From the human T2T-CHM13v2.0 reference genome, Homo sapiens, in assembly GCF_009914755.1 (NCBI RefSeq), contig NC_060948.1: 64,000 nt of DNA; one strand, written 5' to 3'. Below, one piece after another: positions 51,068-64,000 of the stretch. Numbering within the stretch: position 1 is the stretch's first letter; every line of letters begins with the position of its first letter. The notes under the pieces were generated by a model. It did not search any database and had not been told where the DNA came from. It saw only the letters and a program-made list of their open reading frames with translations. Position numbers and translations under genes: made by a program.

Positions 51068-54000
51068 AGGACTTTCTCATGGTTTCTGAGCTCCTTGCTC
51101 TCACCAGAAAGAATCAGAACTTTTAAAGTGTTCTTTATGCCAACTTAAATTTTTCATTTTTACTACCTCATGTTTTGGATGAGGCATGTATTTTTAAATT
51201 TATTTTCACCCTTATTGTACCTCTATGATAAACTGCTTGCTTACATTCATACCGTAATTATCTCTCAGGTTACTTGTCTGTTCCTAAAGATTCACTGAAA
51301 CGAAGAATTCTATATATGCTTGTATCTTTCAGCAACCGTATGTCAGATAGCACTGCACATTACTGCAGACATCGCATATACAGGTCCAAAGGTAGAGGAA
51401 GAAGAAGAAAGCAAGCGTTAAGCTCTATACATTCCTAAAAGCATATCAGAAACTCACAAATAACAGTGAAATCAAAGAATGATCACAGCCAATTCCATTA
51501 CATACCTAGACTGAAATACGAAACTTCAAAGAAAAGAAACATTAGAACTTTGGGTTTGTAAAAATTTTCCTATATAGATAAAATTATTGGTAACTGTGTC
51601 TCACTAGAAAACGTAAACAAAAGTCCATGTTTTTCATATTTGTAAATATACATAGTTTTATTTCCATCAGTTATGACATGCAAGCAAGTAATAAAGTGAA
51701 AGTACAATCAAATGATATATGGAACTTCCTCAGTCTTAAAATATTCCATGGAGACTATCAATTTTATGAAAACTATAAAGAATGCTTCATGAAACTACAT
51801 TGTACAGTGCCATTTACTATTTTACTGACATTTTAAATAATCAACAATTAAAGGGAATACATCAACATTATTTAATACCAATAACGTTATTTTTCTTGAG
51901 TAATCCTGTTGAAATTAAGGATTTTAAATAAAACATTAAAAACAAATTATATTGACTGATTTCAGCTTTGGATGAAATCATACTTGTGTATTTGTAGTAA
52001 TGCGAAGCATAACTTTCTCCTCACAATTAATCTTTTATAACATCGGTGTTATAGTTTTCTCTGACACCAACATTGTGATATCGCACAGGTTTACTGCATG
52101 CATGCATTACATGCCTCCAGAGAGTAGGCTTCAAATATATGGAAAAATTATATTTATGAAAAAATTCTAGGAAAGGGAATGGTGAAATGGAAGAGAATTT
52201 CTCACTTGCTAACTGTTGGACATGGATTTGTATATATTTGGATATAGACACATACTGGCACACTGTGAGTTTGCCCATGTATATATACACTTATATGAGA
52301 AACCCACAATATATGGGTTGTGTAATCTTTTAATTAATCCATAATTGTATGTGTGTGAAATTAGATAAGCGGTTACCTTTTCTTTACTCAATTTGATGGA
52401 AAGCCAAAAAACTCTGTCCACCTTCATTTCAATTAATCCAATACTGTTAACTGCTGGTAGCTTCATTCTCCTTGTTCTCTTACGGCAACCGGAAAGTTAA
52501 TTCTCGCTCTAATTTGGCTTTCAAGGTGCGATCAACAAGAGTGTCACCTTGCTGTGGATTGTGACCTCTGACTCCACCTCTGTCTTCCTTTTGCAGTCCT
52601 ACCTTTGCATAGGTAACAAACTTTGTACATGGTTAAAAGGATAAAAGTTCAGTGAAATGTCAAGCCATGCTGTGAAATGTTCCATAGTTTCTATATCTCT
52701 AATTGTCCTTTGATGTTATAGAGGCAAGAAAAATAATTCAATGTTTTTCTTAGTATCTAGTCCAATGCACTCTTTCTTCATAATACTGCAAACAAGGCAC
52801 TGACATGGAAACGTGGCTGGACGTCTCAAAATCTCTTCTCATTAATTACCATTATGTTAATCACTGTTGCCCACAACTGGAATTGGACTTTGAAATCCCC
52901 TGGTGGAAATTGCTATAATGGCTCAAACTACTGGAAAGACTATCTTTTTTTTACCTGAAAATATCTGATGAGCATAGACGTATGCTATATACAGGAACAT
53001 ATTGTACATTAACAACATACCATCACTGCCACTCAATAATAGGTATCCCAAACCTTTGAGCCAAACTGAGCTCGGGTGCTCCCACAAACCAAGCTTTTCC
53101 CTCCACAGATTTCTTATGTCAAAAAGCCACAACTCCAGGCCAGGCTTCGTGGCTCTTGTTGTAATTTCTACATTTTGGGAGGCCGAGGTTGGTGGGTCAC
53201 TTGAGGTCAGGAGTTGGAGACCAGCATGGGCAACATGGCAAAAAGCTGTCTCTACCAAAAATACAAAAATTAGCCAGACCTAGTGGCACTTTCCTGTGGT
53301 CCCAGCTACTTGGGAGGCTGAGGCAGGAGAACCACCTGAACATGGGTGGCAGAGATTGTATAGTAAGCCAAGATCAGACTACTGCACTCCAGCCTGGATG
53401 ACACAGCGAGACCATGAGTGAAAAAAGAAAAAAAAAAAATAAAGGCAACTCCACTCGTCCACTGGCTTAGGTAAAAAGTACTGGAGTTGGCTGGGCTCGG
53501 TGGCTCACACCTGTATTCCCAGCACTTTGGATTTTGGGAAGCTGAGTCGGGCGGGTCACCTGAGATCTGTAGTAGGAGAGCAGCCTGGCCAACATGGTGA
53601 AGCCTGGCTTCTACTAAAAATACAAAACATTAGCTGAGCGTGGTGATGCATGCTTGTAATCCCAGCTACTGCAGAGGCTGAACCTGGGAGGCGGAGGATG
53701 TGTTGAGCTGAGATCCTGCCACTGCGCTCCAGCCTGGTCTACAGAGCGAGAGTACCCTGTGAGAAACAAAGGTGAAGAGAACAAGAAAAAAAAAATGAGA
53801 AAAATAAGACCCACTGCAAAAGGTTGCCACAGAAAAGATTAAAAATTTCAGCGACTTCTATCTTCTGTCATGGAAGCCAAGGTTATTTGGACCAAACCTC
53901 CTGTCTTAGTTCATTTTCACGCTGCTGAAGAAGACATACCTGAAACTGGGAATAAAAGGAGGTTTAATTGGACTGACAGTTCCACATGGCTGTGGAGGCC

Positions 54001-57000
54001 TCAGAATCATGGTATACGAATAAAGGCACTTCTTACATGGCAATGCCAAGAGAGAATGAGGAAGAACCTGAGGCAGAAACCCCTGAAAAACCCATCAGAT
54101 CCCGTGAGACTTCTTCACTGTCACAAGAATAGCATGAGAAAGACCGACCCCCATGATTCAATTACCTCCCCCTGGGTCCCACCCGCAACACGAGGGAATT
54201 CTGGGAGATACAATTGAAGCTGAGATTTGAATGGAGACACACCAAACCATGTCACTTCCCAAACAATTAAAAATTCCCAATAGAAGAAGCATTAATTATA
54301 TCAAAAAGTGGTGGACCAAGAAGGAACTATTAGCCTCATATCTCAAGAAAGACTCCAGTCAAGGCCTAGGGACTACTCATGAAAAGAGTTTAATAGCCGA
54401 CTCTCTCCCAGTGGATCTGGATTCCACCGGACTGTATCTTCACAGTAAGGGTGAAACAGAAGCAAACCCATTCCTATTTCCAAGCTCAAGGAACTTTGGT
54501 CAAAGTTCTCTTGGAGCTGAGCAGAACAAGGAGGCAAACAGAAAAGATTTGTGTCCCTGAGAAGTCATGGCCACAGGCTGGCTATCACACAGATTGTCAA
54601 GCCAGTTCCATATTGCATGGGTATTACAGAAAATCTCAAAACATAAATTTGTGTGTGGGTTGTCCCAGAGTAGCAGGATCTGGCAGAAGGAAATTTCCTT
54701 CTAACCCTCAAAGAATCCACATAAATCTTGTTACATTTGGGATTTTACGATTTGCTTCAGGAATGAGAATGGCCTTAATTTTCATATCTTTTTCTACACT
54801 CAGTTTATGGCTTGTTGGCGTCAAAGTTCTGCTTGCTTCACACAATGAGTTTAGGATTTTCCCTTTTTTATTCTATAGAATTCTTCATATATATTGAAAT
54901 GCTCTGCCTGGGGAAAAAAATCTGAGCCTAGCGTTTTATCTCTAGGAAGAATCCTTTATTTCCTTGAACATTTATGAGACTATACAGATTATATATGTCT
55001 TCTTGTATCAATTTTACTAAGCTATATACATAGCTTATGTTTATATATTATATATATAAATGTAAGATACAAATATAAAAATTATGTATAAATATGAAAA
55101 TATATATAGAAAGCGATATATATGTCTATATATATAGACAGATTATAAATATCTGTCTATTTGATCTAAGTTTTCAAATTTGTAGGTTAAGGTGTTAATG
55201 ATATTTCCTTATTAGCTTCTTAGTCTATGCTGTATCTATGGTTGTGTACCTTTTAAATTCTTAGTTTTATCTATGTTTTCTCCCTTTTTTTCTAAACTTG
55301 ACTGACGGTTGCATCATTTATTATATTTCTCCAACAAGCAAAGGTTAGCTTTGTATGTTTTACTAATTTTGTCTACATCATTATTCCCACACTTTAGTTT
55401 TTCAGAATTGATTCTGTTGTTTCTTTTCTAATTCTTTATTGAAATATCTAGTACATTAATTTTCAAGTTATTAGAGAAATATTTGTCTGTAAACTCCTAT
55501 TGTAATATCACTTTTCTTGCTACTCACAGATTTAATCTTTAATATTGGCGGTATCATTGAGTTCTAAGTACATTTCAATTCCTAGTATGATAATCTATGA
55601 ATTGCTGAGAAATAGTGTTTACAATTTTGTTGTTCTATTTCCACTTAAGTTTATTTTTACTTCTGCTAACTCAATTGAAAATTCTTTACTAATTTTTAAA
55701 ATCCTTGAACCCAAGAGATGGAGGTTGCAGTGAGCTGAGATCAGGCCACTGCATTCCAGACTGAGTGACAGAGTGGAACGAGATTTCAAAACAAAACAAA
55801 ACAAAACAAAACAAAACAGTCACTGGAAAGATAATAAAATACATAAATGTGGGATGTAATATGTAATCGTGATAAAATAAACTGGATTTTTTGTATAAGT
55901 TATACATATAAATGTAATGCCAAGACACTGATAAGACAACTCATGGTCTTATCTCAATACTTAGTGTCTTCATGTAACATATGTCCTTTAGGATAGTTAT
56001 AGTCCGTTTTCTTTCCAGGAGAGACAGATGAGAATGCAGAAATGTTAAAGTGCAAGGGACGGAAGCTTCCAGCTGTGCCCACCTGTAACCTGACGTAGAC
56101 AGTTCCACCGTTTGCTTCATTAATCATGCCAAAGGCTCTAATGCAAATGTGGTACAGAGTCACATGTTTTTGTATCTACATGATAGAAACTATAACTTCA
56201 TCCCTATATAGAAGGGTATATAGCATATGCCTCAGTGATAAATATAAGTGAATCATTGATCAGTAGGAAACCATTTTAAAAGTCTTTCATAACAGAACAA
56301 AATCCCTGAGAACATTTTCTTCTCAATCTCTGAGTTTTCTTACACGGCTTATGAATCTCTAGCCATACTAAAGAGATAGTATGCTGCTCTTCCCACAAAT
56401 TATTCATTGTATATAATTCCTGTAATCTAATAACAGTACCTTTACACCTCAGGGTTTAAAATGACTCCAACCTTTTTCTGTTTCTCCAATTAAAATAACT
56501 TTTTTAAGGTTTAATCTTCAGTAATTTTTTGTAGTAATATTTTTGAAGGTATTTGACCAGGATGATTTGCTTATATACCTACCTGACGTCTCCCTTTCTT
56601 CTGAATACATATTTTATTACCCACCTATTAGATCTAAGTTTAAGAAGTTGGAATAGGGATTTAAATCTAAATTCTACATTTGAATTTACAGGAGTCAGCG
56701 AGTCCGGGAAGTGCCTTTATGCACAGACCAATATCTGGCAATGGCACTAGGAGACAAATAAGCTTTACCAGTCTCAAAGCCCTGGCTACTACAGTGAATC
56801 CACCCTTCTCCTGGATCTTATCTACTTCAGCAAAAGAAGGCCACCCACTAAACCAGGCCCTTGTACTTTGGGTGGAAACTCCTAAGTCCTCTAGTCTCCT
56901 CAAACAGACAGCCAGGCTGCCAATTTCCACAATAATAATTTCTATAGCACTGAGTCTTTGGTAGCCTTGTAACTATAGCTACTGATGCTACAGTCTGGTC

Positions 57001-57476
57001 CCTGTATGATAAAACACCAGAGCAACAGAAACAAAAATATTGACTGAAGCCTTCTAAAATCTCTCTAAATATACCTTCAATAAATATGGTTTTTTTTACA
57101 GAACGACTGCTTTCAGCTTCCTGAACTAACGCTTGGCCTTCGCTAGTTGTCACTGTTGAAATTGATTCAAAAGTGTACATTTAACATGAAAGTCAACACA
57201 GAATTTCATGTGTCAGCAACTAAAATTTTCAAAATGTTGCAAAATACAAATGTGAAACTGTATTTGTGAAATTTACCATTCATTGAAATTATATTTTCAT
57301 ACCTACCCAGGCACAGAATTTTTTATAACTGTCTGCATGTTCTCCTCATGTGGGGGAAAAGCAGCATCAGCAGGCAGAGGAATCCTTTGAAGCTGGAGGG
57401 AGAGGTTGCAGTGATCTGAGAGTTTGCCACTTGACTGCAGCCTGGATGACACAGTGAGACTCCAACTGAAAAGAAA

Positions 57477-57517
<41 letters not shown>

Positions 57518-57580
57518 AAAATTGATAAGTAAAAAAAAAATCCATATTCGAAAACATGCTCACAGGCTAACTCCCATATC

Positions 57581-57629
<49 letters not shown>

Positions 57630-58759
57630 TCCTTGAAAACGAAAGTTCCACAAGGGCAAAACAAGAAAACAAATTTAACACCCCCCAAAGAAAGTACAAA
57701 GAGTAACCTCAAAAGAACCGCAGGGGAAAACAATTCAAAATTTACAAGTATCTACCCTAAAAGAAGCTGAAAGTCCCTCAAAAACTTTCCAGAGGCCATG
57801 TCCTTGTATTACAAAAATGATCATAAAAACTGGCAGGAGTAGACGAATAGAAATGCATCTTAAAACTTGCTAAACACTTCAAGTCTCCCATAAGAATTGT
57901 AATGGAAAATGGATCAGTCGGCAGTTTTTTCCATACAATTATGAACAAATTATATTTCTTCATACATAGATTTGTTTTTTCAATATTCTAAGGAATTAAC
58001 TTTTATATTAATAGTAGGTGATGTAAGAAAGCAGGCCTTTATCAAGATAACTGACACTGGATGTCCATACCATTACTCAGGTGGGCCTTAATTCCCAGCC
58101 GGGTTCCCTCCCTGGACACACACTGAAGGTCCCCAGCCATTTGGCAATCTCTTCACATTCCCAGCCCTGGAGGTAGCCCTAAAATACATGTACCTGAAGA
58201 AAATAAAACATTGCCTCACACTGGAGCCCAGTGTGGTCCTCCAGATTCCGTGTGAGGTGGACTAACTTATATGGGAAGGCAGGGCAGCGGGAGTGAGGAT
58301 GGCAGAGAGGATTACACATGTCAAGGCAGCCGGGGTCATGGAAACAAAACATGACTGGCCTGGGAGAAACACTGTGAAAGGACACAGACCTAGGTGGGCC
58401 TCAGGTGGACATCCTCGTGGAGAAAAAGGGGGCCCTGGTTGATCTCAAAATGAGCCCCAGGTGGTAGCAGGTCTTACCGCAGGGCAGGGAGCTGGCGAGT
58501 AATGATGAGACAGCTATCCCTTAAGCCCTGCTTGTCACCCACTGACTTTAGCCACATATGCATCATAGTGGCTTAAGGTGCCCCGATCCTGAAATGTGGG
58601 TGTTACATGTCCCTGATGGGCCTCTCTCCCCCAACCCACGAATTGCCTGGGATTGCTCACTGCAGTCTCCTCCCGGATCCTTGGGTTCTCCATGTGGGGC
58701 CCAGATCCAGGTCAAAAGGCCTCTCAGTTCCCAGCCCTTCCCAGCCCTAGGCTGCTCGC

Positions 58760-60985
58760 CTGGCCTCCTCTCTGTTCCGCCTCTAGGGCTGACCCTCTCT
58801 CCATGGGATAGAACTGCAATGGATTGAGCCATAGGCCCTGGCTGATGATCTAGGGGACTGCAGAAGTGGGTCCAGGACAGTTCAGGTGACAGTTCAAAGC
58901 CAATTCCCCAGAGACCAAGGAATGACCAGCTAGGTCCTTTCCCATGATGCCCCACGGCGAACCCCACCTCAGCAATCCTGCCAAAACCCGGGCAGTCATG
59001 TTCAGCCAAACAGCTGAATGAGCTCAGGTAGGAGGTGTACTGCCTGCAGCTGGAGGCTTGACCTTCGTGATCCCAGAACCGCTGGACTGCAGTGGAATGA
59101 GACACCCTGTAGCCTGCAGGGAGAGGAGTCAGGAAGGTTCATGCCAGTCCCACCCTCCCACACACCAGCTCCCCTACCATGCTGGGAGGCATTCCTTACC
59201 GAGGATGCCAACACAGTGCTCCTTCATGATGATTTCACTGTGGAAATAAAGGTTGGGATGAAAGGAAATCATCCTGCCACCGGTAACCGGGATGGCTGAG
59301 TTCCTCCACCTGCCGGATCAAGGAGAAAGAGGATGGATTCAATGGGACCATCTCAACTAGCCGGGCTGAGGTGGCCTACTAGCTGTAGTGAACCATGAGT
59401 TTCCCCTTCCCAGCTCTCCCACTGAGACAACCCTGGTCCCCAGGGGGACCTCAAACTGACTCAGACACTGGACTCCTCCCACAGACCCAGGCTCCCCAGC
59501 CTGACCTGCAAATCCATCACGTAGCAAAGCAGGACTTCCGCATGCTTTCCGACCCACGCCGACATCTCGTGTGCCAAACAATCTACCTCTGCGCAAGAAC
59601 TCTCCAGAGGATTGGGTGGGCAAGCCTCGTGACGCCTTGCAATTTCGCAAGAACACAGACAATGTGGAACAGGGCCATCTCCCAGACATTTGGCCAGTCA
59701 CCCTTCATTGTTGGCCCTCTATCTCTGTCTGGCGAGGAGGCAACGCCACAACTGTGGTGGTTTTTGGAGTGGGTGGACCCCGGCCAAGACGGCCTGGGCT
59801 GACCAGAGACGGGAGGCAGAAAAAGTGGGCAGGTGGTTGCAGCTGAGGGACGGGAGGGGCCGGGGGTGGTGTGAGGCGGCTGCTTCTCTGAGTTTCTGAG
59901 ATGCAGGAGGCCTTTGTGTGCTGGGTGCTGGACATGCTCCGCTGATGTCCGGGTGTGTGGTGTCCTCTTATCCTAGTCTCCCTGAGGGGTGGGCCTGTCC
60001 ACCTGAGGGAAGCCTTGTAGTTAGAAGCCACAGCAGGGTCGTGCCTGGCGCTCTCCAAGGGAATTGCGTGGGTCCAGAGGAAGTTATACAGGCTCAGGGC
60101 CTACACGCCTTTGAGTGCAGCGCCTGCAGTTGGATGAATGCGCATCTGCGGAGCTGGTGCCCGCCGTCAGGTGGTCGGCAGCCCCATGCGCCGCGAACCC
60201 GTCTTAAGCACCTTGCGTTTCTGGGGTGAGCCTGCTGGAAACAGGCACCGAGAGCAGGGGTGGTTCAATGGCTGGTAATGGCATACAGATTCCCCGTCCT
60301 CCAGGGACGTTCCCAGGGAAACGCGTCCTTCGAATTTGGGCTGTGCGCAAAGGGACCTTGGCGCCGCGATTCTCCCTTGTCAGTGCTGGCCCTGGCTCCC
60401 CTTCCCTACCACGTGCTCCCAGGGCTGCTACAAGCGAGCTGCCCTCACAGCTGCGGGAACGTGGCCTCGGCTCCCACGCTGTCCCCCATCCCCTGCCTCC
60501 TGGCTGACCCCACGTGCCTCCCACCTGGCTCCTCCCCGCAAACAGCCCCCATACCCCCCGAGGCCCGATGACTATCCCCTGCTGCCCGCCATCCCAAATC
60601 GGCAGCCGCAAGGATATGGCTCTGGCTCACAAGGCGGAGATGCTCTGTGGCCTGGGGCATTCACGGAGCCCAGCTCCAAGTGAAGGACCTCCAGCGAGTC
60701 CATTGACGGCCCCGGTGTGCTCGGTCCAGGGCCAGGCTGTGCCCGCTGGCCCTCCTTCTGCCACCCCACGTCGGGCTCCACCTCAACCACCACCTCCACC
60801 TCAGCCATGATGTCTTCCACCTTCAGCACCGCCTCCTCTTCCAAGGCCGCCTCCTTGCTCTGTACCCCGGCCGTCCTCTCCAGCATTGCCTCCAGCCTGA
60901 ACACGGTTTTCTCCTGGGTGCTCCCACAGACCCTGGGCCTGCGCAGCCCAGCCCAGCCCAGCCCATGCCCCGCACCCGTAGGCTC
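58760..60985 (-). pseudogene. FAM197Y: Inverted degenerate TSPY paralog A (FAM197Y region), unit 3
   Basis: Copy of 18175-20400 at +40585, matching ORFs 60572..61336 and 58563..59105. Confidence 0.85.
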
Positions 60986-61959
60986 TGGGGGCCCGCTCCC
61001 CAGCAGACCCGCTCCCTGCAAGACCCACGGGCGTCGCCCTGCTGTGAACCTGGTCCCACACCTACGTGGACCCAGGTTTCCTGAGGAGCTCCGCTGGACC
61101 CGCAGATCCCGCACTGGCCAAAGGGCTCCGGTCCCCAGCAGGCTCAACTGCGCACAGGAGCTCGGGAGCCAGAGGCCCCGGCCCTGGGCTTGCAGAGCCC
61201 CACCAACAGGCACCGCAACCGCTGCTGCGGGTGCGGGAGCCTCTGGGTCGTCAAGGCAGCGCACAACAGCGTGCGCGCAGGCCGACAATGGCCAACCCTG
61301 GCGGCTGGCCTCTGGTGTGCCCAGGGCATAGGACAAGAGGCCCTTTGGAATGCTCCTTGGAGTACAGCATCCTCAGGGAGGAAGCATGGTACTCGGAGCC
61401 TCTATTTGCCTCGACCTGTGAGAGTGTGTGCCGGGGCTCTGGCCTCTACAGCAGATCAATTCCACCTCAGCACCGGCAGGCGACTTTCCTCCCACGTGCC
61501 CGCCCCGATCACTTCCCCCAGGACACCCCTGCCGCCCTAGCCCCAGCAACCAGAGAGAGTTCTCTGCATCTGCTGTATTACCTCCGTACCATCTACCTGG
61601 CCTGCCTAACGAAGAGAGATGTTTCCTGTGTTCATGACACATAGAGATGTTCATGGCTTGCCACACTGAGGATGTCAGGGCACAGGGCTGCCATGCCCAC
61701 AATTCCAAAGGCCACGCAGCCCGCGTGTGCCCGGATGCCTAGCTACCCGGCACAAGCTCCAAGGGCTTCTCGGAGGAGGCTTGGGCAGGGAAGGCGGGGG
61801 GTGGGGGGGCTGGAGATGCAGGCCCGCCAGTGGCTGTGCCGCCCAGGGAGACGCCCACCGCCCTCCCATTGACTGGCCACGACGGGAGGAAGTCGGCCTG
61901 GGTGCGGCCCCCCGGCCCTTCGCGCGCAGTCTCTTAGGGGGCGCCTGGAAGCCCGGCGC

Positions 61960-64000
61960 ATGCGCCCTGAGGGCTCGCTGACCTACCGGGTGCCAGAGAG
62001 GCTGCGGCAGGGTTTCTGTGGCGTGGGTCGGGCAGCACAGGCCTTGGTGTGTGCGAGTGCCAAGGAGGGCACCGCCTTCAGGATGGAGGCTGTACAGGAG
62101 GGGGCGGCCGGGGTGGAGAGTGAGCAGGCGGCTTTGGGGGAGGAGGCGGTGCTGCTGTTGGATGACATAATGGCGGAGGTGGAGGTGGTGGCGGAGGAGG
62201 AGGGCCTCGTGGAGCGGCGGGAGGAGGCCCAGCGGGCACAGCAGGCTGTGCCTGGCCCTGGGCCCATGACCCCAGAGTCTGCACTGGAGGAGCTGCTGGC
62301 CGTTCAGGTGGAGCTGGAGCCGGTTAATGCCCAAGCCAGGAAGGCCTTTTCTCGGCAGCGGGAAAAGATGGAGCGGAGGCGCAAGCCCCACCTAGACCGC
62401 AGAGGCGCCGTCATCCAGAGCGTCCCTGGCTTCTGGGCCAATGTTGTATCCTTCTCAGTGTTTCTTCGTCCTTTCTAGTGGAGAGGTGCTCTCGGGGAAG
62501 TGTAAGTGACCGATGGGCAGCTCGGCGTCGATGTGACTCTTTGGGGAACAAAGGGGAGTTGCCACGGACCAATGTGGCTGTGGAAAGCCGGAGCAGGCGT
62601 GGGTACTATTGTCCTGCATGCGGCAGAGAAACCCTTGGTGATGCCGAGCAGCAGACGTTTGGGGCATCTTTTTGAAGAGCAGAAGCGAGTTCAGAGCGGA
62701 AGAGGTTTTTCAGTGAATGAAGCTATTTTTAAGGGAGTGTGATTGCTGCCCCTTGCTAGTCCGATCTGGGACTGGGCGTCTTCGGCTATAAGCAGATTCT
62801 GCCACTCCTCAGACACCAGCAAGTCTCTGCAAATCGCGCCTCCCCATGTCAGTGCAGTCAGCCTCAGAATCATACACCCTCTGTGAACACAGGAGGCCTT
62901 AGTTTACGGGGAGGGGGAGGCGAAAGGAGATCATACATGGAAGCAGATCTGAGAAATCCCCTACCCCAGCCTCTGGGTGCTCTTAGGCCTTCTTCCCTGT
63001 TGCTCCTCGCTTTCCCTTCCATCGTGTGTAAAGTCTCTTTGACCTAAATCAGATTGCAAACCACCCCCAGATGTCAGCCCTGATCACTGACGAAGATGAA
63101 GACATGCTGAGCTACATGGTCAGCCTGGAGGTGAGGCCAGGAAGACTGGGGCTAGAGGGTTTAGCGGGGGAGGGTAAGGGAAATAATTCATTCCTGTAAG
63201 CAAGAGTGAGCACCTCACCCGAAAACCTATCTAAGCTTTCTCCACCTTGTCCTGACAGGTGGAAGAAGAGAAGCATCCTGTTCATCTCTGCAAGATCATG
63301 TTGTTCTTTCGGAGTAACCCCTACTTCCAGAATAAAGTGATTACCAAGGAATATCTGGTGAACATCACAGGTGACAGGTGGCTCCCAGGATGGGTAGTGG
63401 AAGGAAGATGGTGGGTGGATCATTGCCAACGGGATCCAGCCCCCTTCCCACAAAAACTCCTGTCTCTGTAGAATACAGGGCTTCTCATTCCACTCCAATT
63501 GAGTGATATCCGGATTATGAAGTGGAGGCCTATCGCCGCAGACACCACAACAGCAGCCTTAACTTCTTCAACTGGTTCTCTGACCACAACTTCGCAGGAT
63601 CTAACAAGATTGCTGAGGTGAGTCCTCACTGGGAAACATGAGGAATGACCCCGTGTGTTCCCAGCTGCTTGGGTCACCTTTCTGAGCCCTGATGAGGCCT
63701 TTCCCGATTGAGTCCCCTGACAGATCCTATGTAAGGACCTGTGGCGCAATCCCCTGCAATACTACAAGAGGATGAAGCCACCTGAAGAGGGAACAGAGAC
63801 GTCAGGTGAGCCGTTAGTTGGCACTGGAGCTGTTTGATGCCCAGTATAAGGGGGTTGACACACCTGCCTATTCAGGGAGCCTGGGTGCTCATTTCAGAAA
63901 TGTAGAAATTGAGGCTCCTTTCGTACATGTAGAAATTCCTTGAGAGGAAGACAGAGAGTGACAGAATCCAGGACGTTCATGGCATTGGGCTGAAAAGGCA
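61960..64000 (+). pseudogene. TSPY: TSPY copy 4 with premature stop W237* (exon 6 lies beyond the window); exons 61960-62445, 63053-63130, 63259-63370, 63472-63617, 63724-63805
   Basis: Exon 4 reads ATT GAG TGA TAT (TGA at 63504-63506) where copies 1-3 read ATT GAG TGG TAT. The corresponding 87-aa exon-4 ORF is missing from the ORF track for this copy. Confidence 0.85.

Larger units (their letters stand above)
1..64000 (+). repeat. TSPY/DYZ5 tandem array of ~20.3-kb units (units start at 1, 20312, 40589, 60897)
   Basis: The window start sequence CTGAACACGGTTTTCTCC recurs at 20312, 40589 and 60897. The whole ORF track repeats with the same period, and the units differ only by scattered SNVs and STR lengths. 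Confidence 0.98.

Noticed and set aside
1-64000. CRISPR array, prokaryotic operon or defence system, rRNA/tRNA genes
   Set aside because: This is primate genomic DNA with Alus and spliceosomal introns. No repeat-spacer array or structural RNA gene was seen.

Overview
This is human (hominid) Y-chromosome DNA from the TSPY ampliconic array (DYZ5). It contains about 3.15 head-to-tail copies of a ~20.3-kb unit, with periods of 20,311, 20,277 and 20,308 bp. Each unit carries a + strand six-exon TSPY gene (SET/NAP-family protein, 308 aa long isoform). Copies 1-3 are intact. Copy 4 has an in-frame TGG>TGA nonsense change (W237*) in exon 4 and is cut by the window end. On the minus strand each unit also holds two degenerate TSPY paralogs. 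One is near-complete and lies head-to-head with the gene (the FAM197Y region), and the other is 5'-truncated. TSPY intron 1 has U12-type (minor spliceosome) signals, and the inverted paralog has an ATATCCTT variant at the homologous site. The spacer holds old Alus, L1 fragments, a THE1/MST solo LTR and microsatellites. Variants between units are mosaic, and a promoter CCAAT box is intact in copies 1-2 but mutated in copies 3-4. Most ORFs in the supplied track are spurious.
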